DNA of 63,928 nucleotides, counting the filler, from Trichosphaerium sp. ATCC 40318 (Eukaryota > Protista > Tubulinea): the NCBI GenBank assembly GCA_038496445.1. It is 4 parts of 4 records of this genome, joined end to end, with 100 filler letters (N's around TTAATTAATTAA, not from the genome) between each part and the next. Parts side by side here need not be neighbours in the genome. Positions count along the whole stretch, not along the records: positions 58,377 to 63,928 come from JALMLS010000557.1; 3 more parts are not named here. One strand, given 5' to 3'. Of the stretch, positions 60,443-63,928 are shown in pieces (the first letter of the stretch is position 1; the number at the start of each line of letters is the position of its first letter). The translations under genes and the position numbers were made by a program. Under the pieces are notes generated by a model. The model was not told the origin of the DNA, did no database searches, and worked only from the letters and a program-made list of their open reading frames with translations.

Positions 60443-62262
60443 CAAGTTGCGGACTGGGAGGCATGTCGTCGGGCAGCATGGCCAACTGGACACGTTTTGC
60501 GATATCAAGTTCCTGTTGCAGGGACAGATAAGCGGTTTTTGATTTCAGCGCATCTTCGAGTTCAGAAATCGTTGTTTGCAATGTGCCGTGCTGTTGATGG
60601 ATGCGTTCCTTGAGGCTGCTAAGAGTAAGGGTAACAACCGCAAGCTCGCTTGCGGACTTGACGTCTTCGTTCTCTGCATCGGTACCATTGGTCGCAAGTC
60701 GTTCCTCGATCCGGGAAAGATCATCCAGTATTTCGTTGCGTGCGTCTTCATCAAGTGTTTCGGCAAGTTCAGTCATTTGATCACGAATGACCCGCGCCTG
60801 GCGTTGACTACGTTTGCGGCGTGAACGTGTCATGCGATCCAAACGCATCAGGTCGGTGCGTAGTTTGACAATTGCAGATGAAATCTGACCAACTTCATCG
60901 TCGCTGTGGGTGCGTTCAAGATGCCGCGAAAAGTCACCTTGTGCTACACCGGCCAGTACACCGATGACCCCTTCAAGTGGGTTGAGCGATCGCCGGATAT
61001 ATAGCCATAACCCGAAGGCAGCTGCGACCAAAAATAGAATTGTTCCAATAAAAAACAATGCGCTCAAATTGAGCGAATGTGTAAACACTCTCGCTTATGT
61101 CCTGAACGCTAACGACGTAGCCGGCTTGTTCTGTAAAACCAAGAACCGGATTGCTGGTAACACCATACATTTTGTCGTTGGACTGGATGCGTTCCTCGGT
61201 AGATGTTCCGTACTGGACGGCATTGCCGATTTCTTGCCACAGGGCTTGGTTCTGGCCGCTTAGATATCGACCGCGACGATTGATCAGCAGCGTTTCGCTT
61301 TCCTGCAATTCGGAGAGTTCGTCAAGCAAACGTTCAAGCTGAATTGCGACAATCGCAACCGGGTTCTTGTCCATGCCATAGGGAAGGGGAACGGCGATGG
61401 CCAGGAATGTCTGACGGTTGCGGGTAACGGAAACGCCTGTAAAGCGTTTGCGAACACCATTTGCCAGAAGGAAAAGTTGGTCGTGGTTAATGAGCGGGCT
61501 TGGGAAATAGCTGGCTTCGGAGGTGTAGGCCAACTGGCCGTCCGGCTGATAAATCTCGATCCGATCGAAATACGTATTCTCAGTAATGCCAACACGTGTG
61601 ATCTCGCGTGCCGCTGAATGTATATCGCGGGAGTCGTTAATGGCCAGAGCGTCACGCAAGGCAACGTTTTCGCGCAGGAGCCAGATCTTGTCCGATAGCG
61701 AAAGGACTGCGCCATCAACAACCTTGCTCCAGAGGCTGTTTTGCTGAAGCGCTGCAGAATGACCAAATTCGATCTGAAGCAATTTCTCGCGATAGGTGAA
61801 TGCCCAATAAAGGCTGCATGAGACGATTAGCAAACAAATGCATGAAAAGATGCTCAGACGGTTACGCAGCAACATTACTTGTCCCCCGTTTCGTTGAGGG
61901 CCGCCATCAGCATTCCGGGCCCGGCAACAATCCAGAAGGAAATTGCGCCAATCAAACCGATCATACCTATAATAATTACAGCTGTTTCGACGCTGTAAAC
62001 GGTCGCAAGGCTTCCGGCAATAAGCGGGCCAAGCACGTTGCCCATCCGCTCGAGAAAACGAAACAGGCTTAATCCCGTGGCAGGCGAAGAGGTTGTCGTG
62101 CTTTTGAGGATGATGTTTTGCACGAGCGCAAGCTGCGGGGAGATGCTAAGCGCATGGCCCATACCAATCAGGGCGACCACGCCCACCGTCGCCCAAATGC
62201 CATCCCATATGGAGAGGCTGATACCGCCCAGGCCGGCCAAAATACCGCCGGCAATCACGAAG
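60443..62262 (-). repeat. Inverted copy 2 of the MFS/sensor-phosphatase locus
   Basis: Reverse complement of about 58391-60209; differs mainly by homopolymer indels. Confidence 0.95.
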
Positions 62263-63928
62263 AAGTCATAGAAGTCGCCACCAACGTCTTTTGCCGGAAC
62301 CATCTGGCCAACAATATCAAGTTGCGGACTGGGAGGCATGTCGTCGGGCAGCATGGCCAACTGGACACGTTTTTGCGATATCAAGTTCCTGTTGCAGGGA
62401 CAGATAAGCGGTTTTTGATTTCAGCGCATCTTCGAGTTCAGAAATCGTTGTTTGCAATGTGCCGTGCTGTTGATGGATGCGTTCCTTGAGGCTGCTAAGA
62501 GTAAGGGTAACAACCGCAAGCTCGCTTGCGGACTTGACGTCTTCGTTCTCTGCATCGGTACCATTGGTCGCAAGTCGTTCCTCGATCCGGAAAGATCATC
62601 CAGTATTTCGTTGCGTGCGTCTTCATCAAGTGTTTCGGCAAGTTCAGTCATTTGATCACGAATGACCCGCGCCTGGCGTTGACTACGTTTGCGGCGTGAA
62701 CGTGTCATGCGATCCAAACGCATCAGGTCGGTGCGTAGTTTGACAATTGCAGATGAAATCTGACCAACTTCATCGTCGCTGTGGGTGCGTTCAAGATGCC
62801 GCGAAAAGTCACCTTGTGCTACACCGGCCCAGTACACCGATGACCCCTTCAAGTGGGTTGAGCGATCGCCGGATATATAGCCATAACCCGAAGGCAGCTG
62901 CGACCAAAAATAGAATTGTTCCAATAAAAACAATGCGCTCAAATTGAGCGAATGTGTAAACACTCTCGCTTATGTCCTGAACGCTAACGACGTAGCCGGC
63001 TTGTTCTGTAAAACCAAGAACCGGATTGCTGGTAACACCATACATTTTGTCGTTGGACTGGATGCGTTCCTCGGTAGATGTTCCGTACTGGACGGCATTG
63101 CCGATTTCTTGCCACAGGGCTTGGTTCTGGCCGCTTAGATATCGACCGCGACGATTGATCAGCAGCGTTTCGCTTTCCTGCAATTCGGAGAGTTCGTCAA
63201 GCAAACGTTCAAGCTGAATTGCGACAATCGCAACCGGTTCTTGTCCATGCCATAGGGAAGGGGAACGGCGATGGCCAGGAATGTCTGACGGTTGCGGGTA
63301 ACGGAAACGCCTGTAAAGCGTTTGCGAACACCATTTGCCAGAAGGAAAAGTTGGTCGTGGTTAATGAGCGGGCTTGGGAAATAGCTGGCTTCGGAGGTGT
63401 AGGCCAACTGGCCGTCCGGCTGATAAATCTCGATCCGATCGAAATACGTATTCTCAGTAATGCCAACACGTGTGATCTCGCGTGCCGCTGAATGTATATC
63501 GCGGGAGTCGTTAATGGCCAGAGCGTCACGCAAGGCAACGTTTTCGCGCAGGAGCCAGATCTTGTCCGATAGCGAAAGGACTGCGCCATCAACAACCTTG
63601 CTCCAGAGGCTGTTTTGCTGAAGCGCTGCAGAACGACCAAATTCGATCTGAAGCAATTTCTCGCGATAGGTGAATGCCCAATAAAGGCTGCATGAGACGA
63701 TTAGCAAACAAATGCATGAAAAGATGCTCAGACGGTTACGCAGCAACATTACTTGTCCCCCGTTTCGTTGAGGGCCGCCATCAGCATTCGGGCCCGGCAA
63801 CAATCCAGAAGGAAATTGCGCCAATCAAACCGATCATACCTATAATAATTACAGCTGTTTCGACGCTGTAAACGGTCGCAGGCTTCGGCAATAAGCGGGC
63901 CAAGCACGTTGCCCATCCGCTCGAGAAA
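62258..63928 (-). repeat. Inverted copy 3 of the same locus
   Basis: Reverse complement of about 58598-60269, joined to copy 2 through TTCTTC microhomology. Confidence 0.95.

Noticed and set aside
61875-62384. PP2C-MFS fusion ORF and other variant ORFs in contig 4
   Set aside because: They are produced by chimeric junctions and homopolymer errors.

Overview
The window is four unrelated contigs joined by artificial 100-nt linkers (44 N + TTAATTAATTAA + 44 N) at 26414-26513, 50669-50768 and 58277-58376. Contigs 1 and 2 (1-50668) are AT-rich protist nuclear DNA with many short GT-AG introns; an amoebozoan-like host is an inference only. They encode GH59 galactosylceramidase, a class C GPCR, intronless F-box/LRR genes, a kinase 3' end, a 2OG-Fe(II) oxygenase, a GFA protein, a DUSP and CCT6 with an intronic SNORD35/snR73-like snoRNA. 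Manual splicing also suggests a NYN/PIN nuclease, a helical-repeat PD-(D/E)XK nuclease and an ART-like gene. Structural features are a 575-bp gene-bearing inverted repeat pair, a diverged 5.9-kb inverted duplication, a ~990-bp TIR element and a roughly ten-fold excess of CACGTG. Contig 3 is a bacterial (probably alphaproteobacterial) phage-satellite-like element: xis, Toprim primase, AAA_25 helicase, candidate iterons, an integrase remnant and an HTH-like + MauJ/HEPN candidate defence gene. Contig 4 is three fold-back copies of an MFS / sensor-HAMP-SpoIIE locus, most likely an amplification chimera. All family calls come from motif recognition by eye; no searches were run.
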